DNA from: Guillardia theta CCMP2712
Lineage: Eukaryota > Protista > Cryptophyta
Direction of reading: 5' to 3'
Assembly: GCF_000315625.1 (NCBI RefSeq)
Contig: NW_005434643.1
Location: forward strand, 297,698-361,697
DNA length: 64,000 nucleotides
Shown piece after piece: positions 36,460-49,400 of the stretch. Made by a program: the position numbers and the translations under genes. The first letter of the stretch is position 1. The number at the start of each line of letters is the position of its first letter. The notes below the pieces were generated by a model, which did no database searches, was not told the origin of the DNA, and saw only the letters and a program-made list of their open reading frames with translations.

Positions 36460-37701
36460 ATGAGGTTGATTGAATTGAGCAGAGCGTTGCGAAATGTTAG
36501 GTATACTTGTATTCTTGGAATGATATGTACAATTTTTCTAGTGTATGATCAATGCATGAAGAGCCTGCACAGCCTGACAAAAGCAGCTGATGATTGGATC
36601 TTGCTTCGTAACCTCTCACAAACTTCCTCACGTCTGAATTGTTCTGGACCCTCCACAGTCAATATTGAGCATTTGAGTTTGGAAAGTTACTTAATGTTCA
36701 ATGACAGTGAAAGCTTTCAACACTCTCTAACAACATGGCAGAATCCTCCAACCTGTGCAGGCAAACGATTCTTAGTTTTGTCTTGGTACTTTTCGAGTGG
36801 AGTAGGTTCCTTTCTTCATTTGCGTGCACTTTCGTTGCTTTATGGATTGGAAGCTGGATGTGTCGTTATCGATGATCCTGAAATGCAATGGGAATGGACA
36901 CCAAAGTCATCACAGTTCTGTGGGACTAGGTTACCCGATTGCTATTTTCAACGATTATCTAACTGCACATTTAGTCCCGAATATATTCGTGCTGTACAAA
37001 CAAAAAATATTAACAATTCCAACTTTATTTTTCTAACAGATGCAAGAGTGAGAAGTCTATACAATCATTACATGGATGTACCTCGGAATGGAGGGTTGTT
37101 TGGATTCTCAAAAAAACATCCGCACTATTGGATGTCACAACTGATTAGATATGTCGTACGCGTTCGCCCTTTCCTGTACAAACGATATGTTGAACCGCAA
37201 ATTGTTAACCTATATCCCAAAGGTGTGCCATGCGATTTATTTTCTGTCTTCATTCGTCATGGCGACAAGTACCATGAAACAGAGTTGGTCTCGGTAGATG
37301 AATACATCCGCCTTCTGCAAAACCTCAAAGCGAAACATGTTTATGTGAATTCTGATAGTCAGCTGACGCTTGATTTTTTCATTAAAAGGAGTCGTGGCTT
37401 ATTTGATCTGTATTATTTGAATGTTTCACGCCAGTCAAATGGAGCTGGACTATTGGGCGAACATGGCAAAATTTGGAATAAGATACTGAATTCAGATGAC
37501 GTGTACTGGCACATGATTGACAATCTGAAAGAGTTGTATGTTTCAGTTCTGGCCAAGCTCATGATGGGGCAACTAGCGAGTAATTGGAATCGTTTGGGAC
37601 ATGAAATTCATGATTCATACGGCCTTGCACAATACCGATACATTCATGTTGGACCCTGCGAAAAAGACAGAAGGAATGTGATGGATTGCATTGGTATTTG
37701 A
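36460..37701 (+). CDS. Type II membrane glycosyltransferase, alpha-1,6-fucosyltransferase (GT23/FUT8)-like
   Basis: N-terminal TM; GVGSFLH; motif I VFIRHGDKYHE; motif II VYVNSD; motif III MMGQLASNWNRLGHE; intronless and AT-rich. Confidence 0.8.
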   Translation: MRLIELSRALRNVRYTCILGMICTIFLVYDQCMKSLHSLTKAADDWILLRNLSQTSSRLNCSGPSTVNIEHLSLESYLMFNDSESFQHSLTTWQNPPTCAGKRFLVLSWYFSSGVGSFLHLRALSLLYGLEAGCVVIDDPEMQWEWTPKSSQFCGTRLPDCYFQRLSNCTFSPEYIRAVQTKNINNSNFIFLTDARVRSLYNHYMDVPRNGGLFGFSKKHPHYWMSQLIRYVVRVRPFLYKRYVEPQIVNLYPKGVPCDLFSVFIRHGDKYHETELVSVDEYIRLLQNLKAKHVYVNSDSQLTLDFFIKRSRGLFDLYYLNVSRQSNGAGLLGEHGKIWNKILNSDDVYWHMIDNLKELYVSVLAKLMMGQLASNWNRLGHEIHDSYGLAQYRYIHVGPCEKDRRNVMDCIGI

Positions 37702-38650
37702 CGATCATGTCTCCAGCGGTTCATTCTCTTGAGTAGCCCTCGAATTCGGTGGCAAAGGACGTGCAGTACAGGGGCTGCTGAGAATCTTCACAAAAAAACT
37801 TTTTTGTGCAATGCATTCCAAGTTCTGATGATAGAGTGAGAAGCTGTCAAAAGCGAGAGCATCTCTGAGTTTTTCACATCAATCATTGATATACTCTACA
37901 CAGGTTAGTCCTTCAGTACAACATTTTCAACTCAACACAATGTAGTGGCAGTGATATAAAAAATTTAGACTAAATGAATGGATCCAGACAAGAGGCATTG
38001 TTGTTGCAAGTCCCTAAATGTTAAACAAATTGAATTTCAAATTCACAAAGGGTGTTGGGGACATCTGACAGTAGCACCGTAAACAGGCTTGGTGCAGGGC
38101 AAACGTGGGCCTCAACCCCCGACGATTGGATCTCAGTGGGTGTCTGAAGGTCCAGTGTGGGGGGCGGCCAAACTGCGAAGCTTCACAGTTCAATCCGAGT
38201 GAAATGATCCCCGGCGATCGCAAGGCAGCACTTAAAAGATGGCAGTACAGTGCGGCAAGCAATCATCCAGTACGAAACTTTCTGAAACAGTCATGTAATG
38301 GTCGGGGAGGTTAGTAACTAGCAACCACAACTGTGCACCCGGGCATAACCCCTGGGAGTCCAAGTCGAGATATCTGATGCTGAGCTATGTTTATTTCTCT
38401 TGAATGAACAACTTCATAGAAAAGCCACGGCCAGGAATCTGACGCATTGAGGCTGTCATCTTTAATCGAATCAAAGCTTTGGATATTCTAGACGCTTTGT
38501 GAACTGCAATTAGTGAGAATGCCCAGAAATGTCATATTCCAGCGAATAAGGAAATGTGTCACAATCAATTATCCATGATTTTGTTGTGATCAAATTTACC
38601 AGGAGTAATCAGTTTTACAAGCTTTTATGAATCAATACTACAATCACAAT

Positions 38651-38836
38651 TTACGAGCGGTTGTAGAAGTAGTCCCAGTGGTTGCGAGCACGGACCCAGT
38701 CGTCATAGGCAGCAGCATCGTTGGCCTTGTAGTAGGTGTCAGCAGAGGCATTGTAGAGCTGGCGGGCCTGGGCGTTCTGGCCGGCGGCCTTGGCGTAGAG
38801 CGCAGCAGCAGTCTGTCCGTAGAGGGTCTGGAACAT
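38651..38836 (-). CDS. 61-aa Ala/Tyr-rich microprotein
   Basis: MFQTLYGQTAAALYAKAAGQNAQARQLYNASADTYYKANDAAAYDDWVRARNHWDYFYNRS*; strong C-ending codon bias (TAC, AAC, GCC) in AT-rich surroundings; ATG directly after a CAG acceptor (5'-UTR intron). Confidence 0.7.
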   Translation of the reverse strand: MFQTLYGQTAAALYAKAAGQNAQARQLYNASADTYYKANDAAAYDDWVRARNHWDYFYNRS

Positions 38837-40247
38837 CTGGACGAAATGATCAGATGAAATTGAAAAGAACTCGTAAGCAGACAAATGAATGCGTTCAAAT
38901 ATTTGTCAAGACTTCAGAATCAACAAGGAAACAGGATGTTACACATATAGCTCTGCCATGCATACACATTACACCAACAGCTCTGCGATGAATATGCGGT
39001 ATATCAAATGCATGGCTCACCTCTGGTTTGAGAAACTTTGCCTCCTCCCCTCTTTTTGTGCCCCCTGTGCTATTTCGGGTGCGCTCACCCCCACCCTCTG
39101 ATTTCCTGGGGGTACCCCTACAATACCCCATAAGTACCCCAAAGCTCTGTTGCTCTATTCCTGGCGTCAAGTTATTTTCAGGTATTATCCTCGAATATTA
39201 TTGATAAATTTGAAATCATTGGAAAAATAATCAAATATCTCTAATTTGACAAATTGTACACATACATCGTAACCGTTCACTGATACATCATAACGGAATG
39301 TAGCTCAGTCATCACCCTCATCCCCACCCTCAAGACCAAGAGAATTTGTTTCTGGAATAGCTTCTGCCTCTTAAATTTGTAATTTCAAAATAAATTTTCA
39401 AACTGCTGAAATGGTTTAGGAGCTCATTCCTGAACTCATACAGCGCGGTGCTCCCGAAATACTGCTTGGACCGAAAATGGCAGAAGCATATGCAAGGACG
39501 AGAAGTCGCGGGCTCTCTTTACCCTTCCTCTTGCAAACTCCCTCACACTTCATCCCGCTCCTCTCGTATCCAATAGCTATTCCATGCTCGGTGTTCTTCG
39601 ACAACTAGTGCTGCTTGTCCATCGAATACTTCTCCTCCCTCAACCGCAACCATCCAGCACTCTCCTTCCTGTCAACACTGCTGCACTCTCCCTGTCAACA
39701 CTACTGCTCTCTCCTCCTTCCTCTTCATCAATCTGCTCACTCATTTTGTCTCTGAACTCTTCCCTCATTAATCCTATGCTATTGCTTTTGGTTGAAATTT
39801 ATTCCTTTTCATTGCGAATTCTTGATTTTCTCCTCATTCGGGATATTTCCGGCTCTGACCAAATGCTTCATTGACATTAAATTTTGTTCCAATGGGCCTG
39901 ATATTACTTGTTGTTTCGTGGATGAAGAGCGTAGCCACTGTTTTCAAACTAGTGGACGTAGACGTAGATCAAGGTTGGAAGCAGATTTGAAGTGTCATCA
40001 CTGAAAGCCGGCCTAACAAGGGTTGAGATAGTGAATCTCACTGGAATATGCTGGTGCAGGTCAGAGGCCAGGGATACAGTTGGCAATCCTATCCGCGGAG
40101 CTCGTCGTATTCAGCGCGCTACCATGAATATGACCTCGCAGTACGAGGTGGAGGCTAGCAGGGGAATCATTCTGTTCATGACTTGTGTCTCTAGGTCTTG
40201 ATTGACTCTAGGAGATCGCGCAGTGAAGGCTTGCTGACACGGCAGGG

Positions 40248-40928
40248 ATGGAGAAGCCTCTTGTCAGGTGCTCCGTGTGCGGCTGCTCGTGTCGCCTCAT
40301 GTTGCCTGCAGTCGCCGGAGGTTTGGGGCTGCTTCTTGTAGTCTTCTCTCTGCATGCAAAGTCTGCGACATTGAGTGCGGCAAACATCAAGAGTTCAGCG
40401 AGCAGAGCTGTCGGTTCTAAGATGCAAGTGAAGAAGGTCTCCCTCCAAGAGGGTCAAGCTGCTGAGGTTCTCGAGTTGTCTTCGCCCATGATGTATGACG
40501 CATGTGAGTAGGGGTCCGGCGAGGGTTCGGCTGCTCCTGCTCAAGATGGAGCGGGCGAGGGTGACGGTCAGGGACAACCCTACTTTGGGCAGTTTGAGAT
40601 TCCAGCTGGATTGGAGGATGAGGATGAGGGGGCGCCCTGTGCTCACAAGCTTCCCAACGGTGAAGGTGAGGAGGAGGGGGGCAGGTTGTGATGCCCTGCT
40701 GTAGGGCAGTGTGAACCTCGAGGGAGTCAAGACATCGAGCTCAGCCCTCAGGCGGGCCTCATTCTTGTCTTGTGTGCTTTCATCCCAGCTGTTGCGTCGT
40801 TGATCTACTGGATCCGTGAGCCCTCAAACGTGAGCAGCAGGGACAGAGGTGGATGCGAGGCGGCTGATTGTGAATTACAGGGTTTGGAGGGCCTCCTCGA
40901 AAACTACAAGTTTCCCGAGGAGTTGTGA
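40248..40928 (+). CDS. Hypothetical single-pass membrane protein (multi-exon, junctions unresolved)
   Basis: ATG 40248 with hydrophobic AVAGGLGLLLVVFSL; several GT-AG introns; last exon GLEGLLENYKFPEEL*. Confidence 0.4.
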
Positions 40929-40994
40929 AGAGTGTCTGCAGTGCTCTCGTTCTTCTCTTCTTGTAACCTATTCAAATAGTCGATCTTCTCATTA

Positions 40995-43163
40995 TTAAAT
41001 TTGCTTAGAGTTTTGATCCGGGCTGCTGGGAATGAGCTCGACTAAGATTTCGTGTTTGAATTTTCCCCGTTCTGCATCTTCAAACGACATGCGCATAGCA
41101 AACAACCCGGGAGGCTCTGGAGCGGTGGAACTACTTTCCGCCTTGGGCATGGAGAACTGGCTGAGGTCAATAGCAACGCGAGCAATATTCTTCAGCCTGC
41201 TTTCCGCAATCACAAGATGTGGCAGAGATTCACTGCCATGTACCTGCTCACGATCTCTCCAACTTCCCCTCGCCCTTGCCCTTGTGTCCCCAAACTTGCA
41301 GCCTCCCAGCCCTCTTCCGGATCATACCTCAACGGCTGTGAGCAGACGGCAGGCACAGGACAACGTACCTTGCTTCCAGCAGGATCTCGACGCCCCCCCT
41401 ACCTCCTGTCTGTCCTCCTTCCATCGACTGTCCACCTTGCAAGTTGACAGGCTGTAAGATCATCACTCACTGGAGCAGCAAGGGTGTGGAGACCGCGAGG
41501 CAGATCTTGACGGGCGAGTCCGTGGGGTTACGGAGGACAAGCAGAGCACGGCTAGTAGAGGGATGAACCTCCTCGACCTCAAGGCTCCAGGCGTGTCAGG
41601 AGGTGAGCAAGAGGCTTGACAAGTGAACCTGGGTATGAGCATCGATGCATTGTGATTAACACTGAGAAGAAGGTAAGCAGACAACGAGGAACAGCAGAAA
41701 AAAATAGTGTTGCTGCTGGTGCGGTAAACATGTGTCCCACCGGAATCTAGCAGAAGAATTGCTCGAGTCGAACTTGCGAAGGATGCGTTTGCAAGCAGCA
41801 CAGCGGCGGAGAGACCTGAGGCTCCAGGGTGAGAGAGCAGGAAGAGAGCAAGAGGTCACGCTACTAGCCTGCAAGCAAGCGGGCAACGGAGAGGCGTCAG
41901 GCTCGCGATATCGTTGTCTGTAAGTCTGCAGAGGAGGCTTCACGCATTCAGCACAGCGAGTTGATCTCTGCCTGCTTGCCGCATGCCTCTGAGCGATCGT
42001 TGCCCTCCTTGCAGGAACAGCACGTGCACTTTCCAGCTGGATAGATATGTCAAACTTGCTCGCCTTGCTCGCCAGCAGAGCAGAGGTCCAAATTTACCTG
42101 CACCGGATGATTCTCCTCTACCTCCTCCCCATCCTTCCTGGGGGCGTAGACTGTCGGCTGCATCTCCACACTCAGACTTTCCTGCGGTTGACAGCTCGAC
42201 AGCTCGTAAACTTTCAAGTACCGGACTTGCTTGCAACGTACTGATGAGCTTGTTGAACTCCTGCAAGTACATAGTCCACAAAGAGGTACAAGAGGAGGTG
42301 CAGGTGCAGGTGCAGCAGTAACAGAAATAAGCAGAACAGGAGTGGCAGGAGGCAGGAGGATTAGGATGATACAGGAATGAAGCGTCCTGGGACCTGCAAG
42401 CAATCGTCGTTTCTCTCCCTCTTGAGACTGTTCAGAACAAGAGCTGAAGGATCTTCCGCGTGCCATCCGCAGTCGACTGACTCCCACTTGCAGAATGTGC
42501 AGGAGAAGAAGGCACGACCTGCAACCAGTGATGCTCAGCGCCGACAAGACCAGGGGGCGAAGACCTGAGGAGGAAGAGACCGTAGAAGTCTGTAAGAGGG
42601 TCTCGCAAAGGGGGCAGATGAAGCACTTGGTGCATCTGCAGAGCAAGAGAATGAGGTGGAGAAACACTGAGAAGTGTTTCACTTGTGAGAGAAGATCCGA
42701 GCCTCTTCCTCCTGCACTACCTCCAGGCAGCTCGGACAGAACAAGAAGTCCACCTCCTGCCATCAACTCCGTCACCTCCCCGTTCTTCCTCCCCTTGAAA
42801 GCCTTCACCTCTTGCACCTCTTGCATACTTTTGAGCGAGAGATTTCCTTCTTGACTTGTGCAGTTCTGCGATGAATTTAACGACAAATTGACCTTTGCTT
42901 CTTGCTCTGCTTGACCTCCCTAACCCTCAAACCTGTTATCCGCCTCCCTCTCCACAGCTTTCATCCTGGCCGGTGAAGAGAGCCAGCCACCTCACTGTTC
43001 GCTTACTTCCTCTTTCTGCTCTTCTCTTCTTCCCTCCTCCTCCTCCTCCTCCCTACCTGGCATACATACAGTCGCTCAAGCTCGCGCCTCCCGCCATAGC
43101 GCACTTCCATCGGATCCGGGCCCTGAAAGCTCCTTTTCTACTGGAGCCCTCATCCCCGCTCAT
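40995..43163 (-). CDS. DCTN4: Dynactin subunit p62 (multi-exon)
   Basis: VDFLFCPSCLE...KCTKCFICPLC...FFSCTFCKWES zinc motifs and RSLRRCAACKRIL match the p62 pattern; start 43163 (or 43097) inferred. Confidence 0.8.
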
Positions 43164-43191
43164 TGCATCAACATCGTCGAGGCTGGTCGCC

Positions 43192-44910
43192 ATGGCAGGG
43201 GCGGCAGAGGCGCTGAAGCGATTTGAGATGGAGAATGGCGTGAGCATGGTGGACGGGGACGGAATCTATCGCTTCGACGCTGCTGAACAGACCAAGCTGC
43301 GCGAGCAGAAGCCTTGGAGCAAAGAGTGAGTGCAGCCGCATGTACAGTGAGAGTTTGCTGGCGGCAGAAGGGGATGAGGTTTTGTTTACGGGTTGGGGCG
43401 ATTTCATGCAACATTGTTGTTGTAATCTTGCACTCTTACATGAATTACGAGCAGCGCTACCTACTTCCAAAAAGTGAAGATATCTGCGCTTGCTTTGCTG
43501 AAAATGGTACGTTGACATCAACTGCTTTTTCTTCATCAACAGCTGCATATGACTCTCCTCAAGGCTATGCATGCTCGCTCCGGTGGTCAGCTGGAGGTTA
43601 TGGGAATCTTGCAGGGTATGTAGATGCAGAGGCGCGAAGAGTCTGATGTTAGGGTGATGGCAGGGAAACTAGAAGACAAGACGTTTGTTGTCATGGACGC
43701 CTTCGCGCTGCCCGTGGAAGGAACAGAGACGAGAGTGACGGCGCTGGATGAAGGATACGAGTACATGGTTCACTATCAGACCACTTGCGAGCGAACAGGA
43801 CGAGTAGAGCCGGTGAGAGGAGCAGGGAGCTGAAGCTGATAGAGGGCGAGGAAAGTGTTGAATGCTGATAGAAAGCAACTTAGGTTATCGGGTGGTATCA
43901 CAGTCATCCGGGATACGGCTGTTGGTTGTCAGGTGAGCTGTTTAATGAGGCTGCCAACCTTGTGAAGGCTGTGCAGGGATCGACGTCAGCACGCAGACGA
44001 TTCACCAGCAGCATGAGGACCCTTACCTGGCGATAGTGGTAGCAGAGATGGAGGTGGTAGAGACAATGCATGAGTTGCTCTCAGGTTGACCCGGTCAGAA
44101 CCATGGCTGCTGGCAAGGTTGACGATGCAGATGATGACAAGAGAACAACGTGCCCTGACAGGTTCACACTAGGTTGAAATCGGAGCCTTTCGCACCTATC
44201 CGCCCAACTACAAGCCGCCAGATGCGGTGGGACTTGGTCTTTTACTGTTGAGAGTAAGCTTGACGACCCTCCAGGCAGCGTCTGAGTATCAGACCATTCC
44301 GCTTGACAAGATCGAAGACTTTGGTGTCCACGCGAACCAATACTATCCTGTATGCACACGTGGTGAGATGGGACAACACTCATCTTGTATGGCAGTTGGA
44401 CATCTCCTTCTTCAAGTCGTCTCTGGACTCTCACCTACTTGTGTGTTGCTGCTTACTTTTCGCCGCCATGCTTGTGACGCTGTGACAAGGCGCTGCTGTG
44501 GAACAAGTACTGGATCAGTACGTTGTCGTCGTCGTCGCTTGTCTCGAACAGAGACTACACCACGAGATCGATCAAGGACTTGTCGGAGAAGATGGACCAG
44601 GTGGCTGCCTGTTCTTGTCACCTCGTTTCTTATCGCAGTTGACAACTACCCAGGCGGAGTCTCAGCTGAGCTACAGCAGCAGAATGGCGGGGTATTACCT
44701 CCCCGGCGACAAGAAGTCGGAAGATTCTCAAGTTTCCAAGATGTGCAAGGACGGGACCAAGATTGCTATCGAGCAGCTACAAGGGCTCATCACTCAGGTC
44801 ATTGTGATTGATGGAAGAGCCTCTGCATGAGCCTGAGCTTGCAACGACAGGTGGCCAAAGACAAGCTCTTCAACATGCGAATCAAGGGAGTGGAGATGAC
44901 AGACTCATGA
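43192..44910 (+). CDS. CSN5: COP9 signalosome subunit 5 (JAMM deneddylase, multi-exon)
   Basis: [89 protein letters not shown]. Confidence 0.96.
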
Positions 44911-45015
44911 GGGTTGTGCGGGTTTGTCGAAGAGACGTGACTTCACTGCATCAGCAAACACCGATACGTCAAAGAAGAACACCGATACTCCAAAGAAGAG
45001 TCTTTGATATTGTGT

Positions 45016-46066
45016 TCAAGAGCATTTGCGACCGTCTGTTGCCGGTGCAAGGGTGTCCAAGGTTTCCTGGTCAAGCATAAAGACGAGACAGTCGCCATCC
45101 GCCATGATGTTGAACTCTCTGGTCACCTCCGCACTCCACATCTCCTGTACATCCTGTGAGATGATTTCATGCCCAACATGTGCTTACCCCCAACACGTCT
45201 CCAGGACCGTACTCGCACTCGTCAGCGTCAAAGCAACGGGCTTCTCCTTCGATGAGAACGTAGAGCTTGTCCGCCGCTTGTCCTTTGCCGACGATGACAT
45301 CCCCGTCCCTGAAGCTGCGGGGAGAGTGAGCAAGAAGAGAGCAGAGGTAGCAGACTTACCGCGTGAGCTGCACAGAGTCAAGGATGTTGGTCATGACGTC
45401 CGGAGGGAGGCCAGACATGGCAGGGACTTGAGACAGCAGCTGCTCTGTGATAGATTTCTCGTACTTGGCGATCGATTTGATGAAGGTCTGGATGCTTCGT
45501 CTGTGCACCTGCCACAACCAACAGGTCTCGGACTCCACTAAGATGCTCGCAGCACGAGGCTGATTGTGCATCAGCGCAAGCTCCCCGAACGAATCGCCGG
45601 GGCCATAAGTTCCTTTGAACAGCGGAACGTCTCCTCCACCCTCTCGCTTGAGGATGCTCAGCTTGCCGCTTTGGACCACGTAGAAGATGTTGCCTTCATC
45701 CCCCTGCTGGATCACTACCTCCCCCTTGCTGTATCTCCCCAGAGCAAAGGCCTCGGCAACGAGCTCTTGGTACTTGAGATCGAGCTCTCCAAACAAGATG
45801 TTCTGAGCAATTGCTTTCATCAGCATTTCTTTGTCACTTCCGGGCGTTTCTAAGAAGTCTTCCGGCGCTGGCATGCTTTCAAGCTGTACTATAGAGGCTC
45901 GTCGCACGTTCTTGTCTTTGATAAACTTCCTGCTGTCCAGCTCATCCTTGTCCAGATCAACTTCAGAGCTCACGCTCGAGCGTCTTCCTGTCTTGGTGAC
46001 GTACTCAACTCTACAGTTGTCATTCATGTTTATGCCCAGGTATTCATCTTGAATCATCACGGGCAT
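45016..46066 (-). CDS. cAMP-dependent protein kinase regulatory subunit-like (two cNMP-binding domains)
   Basis: RRASI inhibitory site; NILFGELD; VIQQGDEGNIFYVV; SFGELALMHNQPRAASI; second domain FRDGDVIVGKGQAADKLYVLIEG after an intron. Confidence 0.85.
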
Positions 46067-46458
46067 GCTTGCTTACACGAACAAGACGAGCAAGAGGGAA
46101 GGAAGGTTCTCCTTAAGAAGCAGCTGCACAAGCTTGCAAGTAGAAGTTGATTGAGAAGCACAGGAGGGCAGGAGAGGAGGAGGAGGAGGAGGAGAGGCAA
46201 TGCTCCATTTGACCGCTCCTTCGACACCACCCCTCTTTCTACCCCCTACCCCATCTGACACACATCAACCCTTACTTATACCAGTGATTTGATGAGCAAT
46301 ACACGGGTGCATTTACTACCTCCACCGTACTTAGTACCCCACCCCCTCAATGGTCCTCACAAGTTTGTGGGACCGGCAGGCAATCCAACCGTTACGAATA
46401 TGAAACGTTCAATGTGAAGTGTAACATTCGGGGAATTACGGTTGAACAACGGCTAGGA

Positions 46459-49400
46459 ATGGCGGACGAGGAGGAGGGGGAGATAGACGTGCGAGGGTTC
46501 CGGATAGATCGATGGGACGCGGATGACGACATGCTGGAGCAACTTCAGTCAAGGTGCGATGACGTGTCCTCCCATGCTGATGGCCTGCCACTTTGCGTTA
46601 GAATCAGCGACGATGCGATGAGAGCTTGCTCGCTTGTCAAGACCTCAACGCATGTCATAACTGAAGTTTCTGCAGGTGTGGCTTGTGTAGAACGCATGGC
46701 ATTGTCATCGTCGGAAAGCCTGCTTCAGGGAAAGCTACACTGGCGGGGAAGCTGGCAGAGAAAATAGGGGCGATTCATATAGGGTTCCCTCAGATCTTGG
46801 AGGAGGCCCTTGAAACCTATGCGATGCACAATCAAATGTCGGAGTTGCGGGCAATGGTGGAGGGGTTTCACAAAGAGAAGCAGGTTCAGGGCGAGGGGGG
46901 AGAGGGGGAGAGGGAAGGGGAAGGCGCAGACGTGGACACGGGTGGTGGTGAGCCAAGAATGTCAGAGGAAGAGTATGAGGCGAAGAAAGGAGAACTGGAC
47001 GAGCTCGAGAGGTTGTGGCAGACAAAACGATGGTGCGAAGAATATGCTACAGCTGCAGATATGCTGCTCTCAGGCAAGAAAGTCGATACCGACACACTCA
47101 TGCTCCTCCTGCGAGCTCGCCTTCGCTTCCCGGATGTCGGTTTTCGGGGGTATGTCTTCGACACGCTGCTGCCAGGAGTTGAGCTCGAGCTCTTTCAGGA
47201 GCTCGAGCTCCCCCGCTTGGACTTCATCCTGCACACTGTCATGAGCGACGAAGACGTGCTCACGCGCATCGCCGGGCTCAAGCTTCACCTGCCATCGGGC
47301 CTGCTCTACTCAGAGTCTGACTTGACGCCCGGGATTCACCAGGCGCTGGTTCCCGCAGAAGCAGGCGAGGGAGAGGATCCGCCTGTTGATGAGGAGGGGC
47401 AGCCACTGATGGTCCGCTGGACGCCTCCTCCCGAGCTGTTGATGTCGCTGGTGCGACGGGAGGAGGACGAAGGAAAGACGCCGCAGGAGAGGCTGGCGAG
47501 GTATTACGAGAGGATGAGGAGCAGAGACTTTGGGAAGGTGATGGAGGTGACGCTGCCGTCTCGCGTGATGGGGTTGGACGCGAATCAAAGCCCTGACAAG
47601 CTTCTCCGCTGCGCTCTCCTCGCCCTCAACTTTGACCGCTGCCCCATCGTTCATCCTCCCTTGCCCGTCAGCTTTGAAGAAGGCGAGGACCCGTCCTTAG
47701 CCCTGGCGCTCAGCAAGGGAGTGGCTGAGATAGCGGGAAAGCGCTCGCTGTCTCCATGGGGTCACTTCTGCCCGGTGGCACTGGTGGAGGAGAAGAAGAT
47801 GCTGGTAGGAGACTCGAGGTTCGCCACTGAGTTCCTCGGAAGAATTTTCCTGCTCTCTTCTTGGGTCGCCCAACAGAAGTTTATCGACGATCCTGCCACG
47901 TACACCTCTTCCCCTCCTATGCCTCCGAGGATGCGCGTCATGGTGATCGGTGCGCCAGTGACGGGAAAGAGTGCAGGTATGCGGATTGACGTGTGTTTGT
48001 TTGCTGCTTCTCACTCCTCTCTCACCTGTCCAGTCGCCAACTGGATCGCGAGCAAATACTCTGCGAGGAGGTTGGACTGCTTCAAGCTCGTTGAGCTCGC
48101 AATGGCTGAAGGGGGGGGGGGGCTGGAGGCGGAGGCGCGAAGTTGTCTGCTGTCTGGTGAAGAGATTCGAGGAGACCTGATGATGCAGATATTAGGGAAG
48201 GAGATGGGCATCGAGCTCCAAAAAGGTGTGAAGTGAGGAAATGGTCGAGGAGGTGGATGACGAGTGTGTTTGCAGTAACTGTGAATGAGGAGGACGAGGA
48301 GGCAAAAGCGAAGCTCAGGCTTGCAGCACTGTCGTCGGAGGGGCCAGGAGGGGAATGGGGTCAAGCGCCTACGGGTCAAGGAGAGCTTAGCTTCGTGCTT
48401 GATGGGCCCCCGCTATCTCCTGACTTTGTGCACGCCCTCGCCGCTCACCAGCTGCTGCCCACCTGCGTCATCCTCCTTGAAGACTCGGAGGAGCCTGTTG
48501 GGCGCGTGAGGACGGATGCAGCGAAGGTAAAGAGAGGGAGGGGAGGGAGGAGGAGAGGAGTTGATGGGCGGCTGTAGGCGGGAGATCTCTACTGGGACCT
48601 TGGGAGGGAGGCGACGCTCGAGAGAACGACGGGCACACAATTTCCCTTCGCAGGGGCGGGAAGTTTGCAGCGAGCGAGGATGGAGGAGGTTACGAGCTTG
48701 TTAGAAGCTGCTGGGTGCCTGGTCGTCAAACTTCCTGCATCCCTCCCACTGCAGGAGCTGCAGGAGGCTGCGGCTGCTCGTGTCGATCCCTTCGTCTATG
48801 GATTTGTTGCTTCAGAGGATGCGAGGGGAGCGAGGCAGGTGGAGTGGGAGCCGGAGGGGAAAGAAGAGGACGGGGAGGAAGGGGAGCGAGCAGGGCTACA
48901 GGTACTCGGGTACCTTGGCAAGTTCTGCCCGGTGACGTGGAGGCGACAAGGAGCACTGATTCCGGGGAAGGAGAGCTTTGCGGCGGACTGGAGGGGGAAA
49001 ATTTATCTTTGCCGCGGGCAGGAGGAGCTTGACGCTTTCCTGTTCAACCCTTCCTTCTTCGCTCCTGTGCCTTCCGCTGCTCCTGAGTTTGTCCTGGGCA
49101 GCCGCGAGCCTCTCCTTCCACCTGCTCGGGTGATGCTGCTGGGGGCGTTGGGGTCAGGACGGAGAGAGCGAGCTGAGGAGATGGCCCGGCACTTCGGTCT
49201 CAACGTTCTCAACTTGCAGTCGCTGCTGCCTCCCAAGCCTCCAGCGAAGGCGGAGGAAGGGAGCGAGGAAGAGGAAAGAGAATGGACCGAGGAAGAGGTG
49301 GAGGAGCTCGTGCGAGGGTTAAAAGCTACTCTGAGCTCTCCCCCGCTCAGCGAGCAGGCTGTGCTGCTGGAGGGAGAGCCGCTGGCTGAGGGTTTCCTGG

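Noticed and set aside
38651-38836. Similarity to cryptophyte ejectisome Tri / bacterial RebB ribbon proteins
   Set aside because: Size and Ala/Gln richness fit, but the recalled Reb-type VNxQITD motif is absent; cannot be supported without a search.
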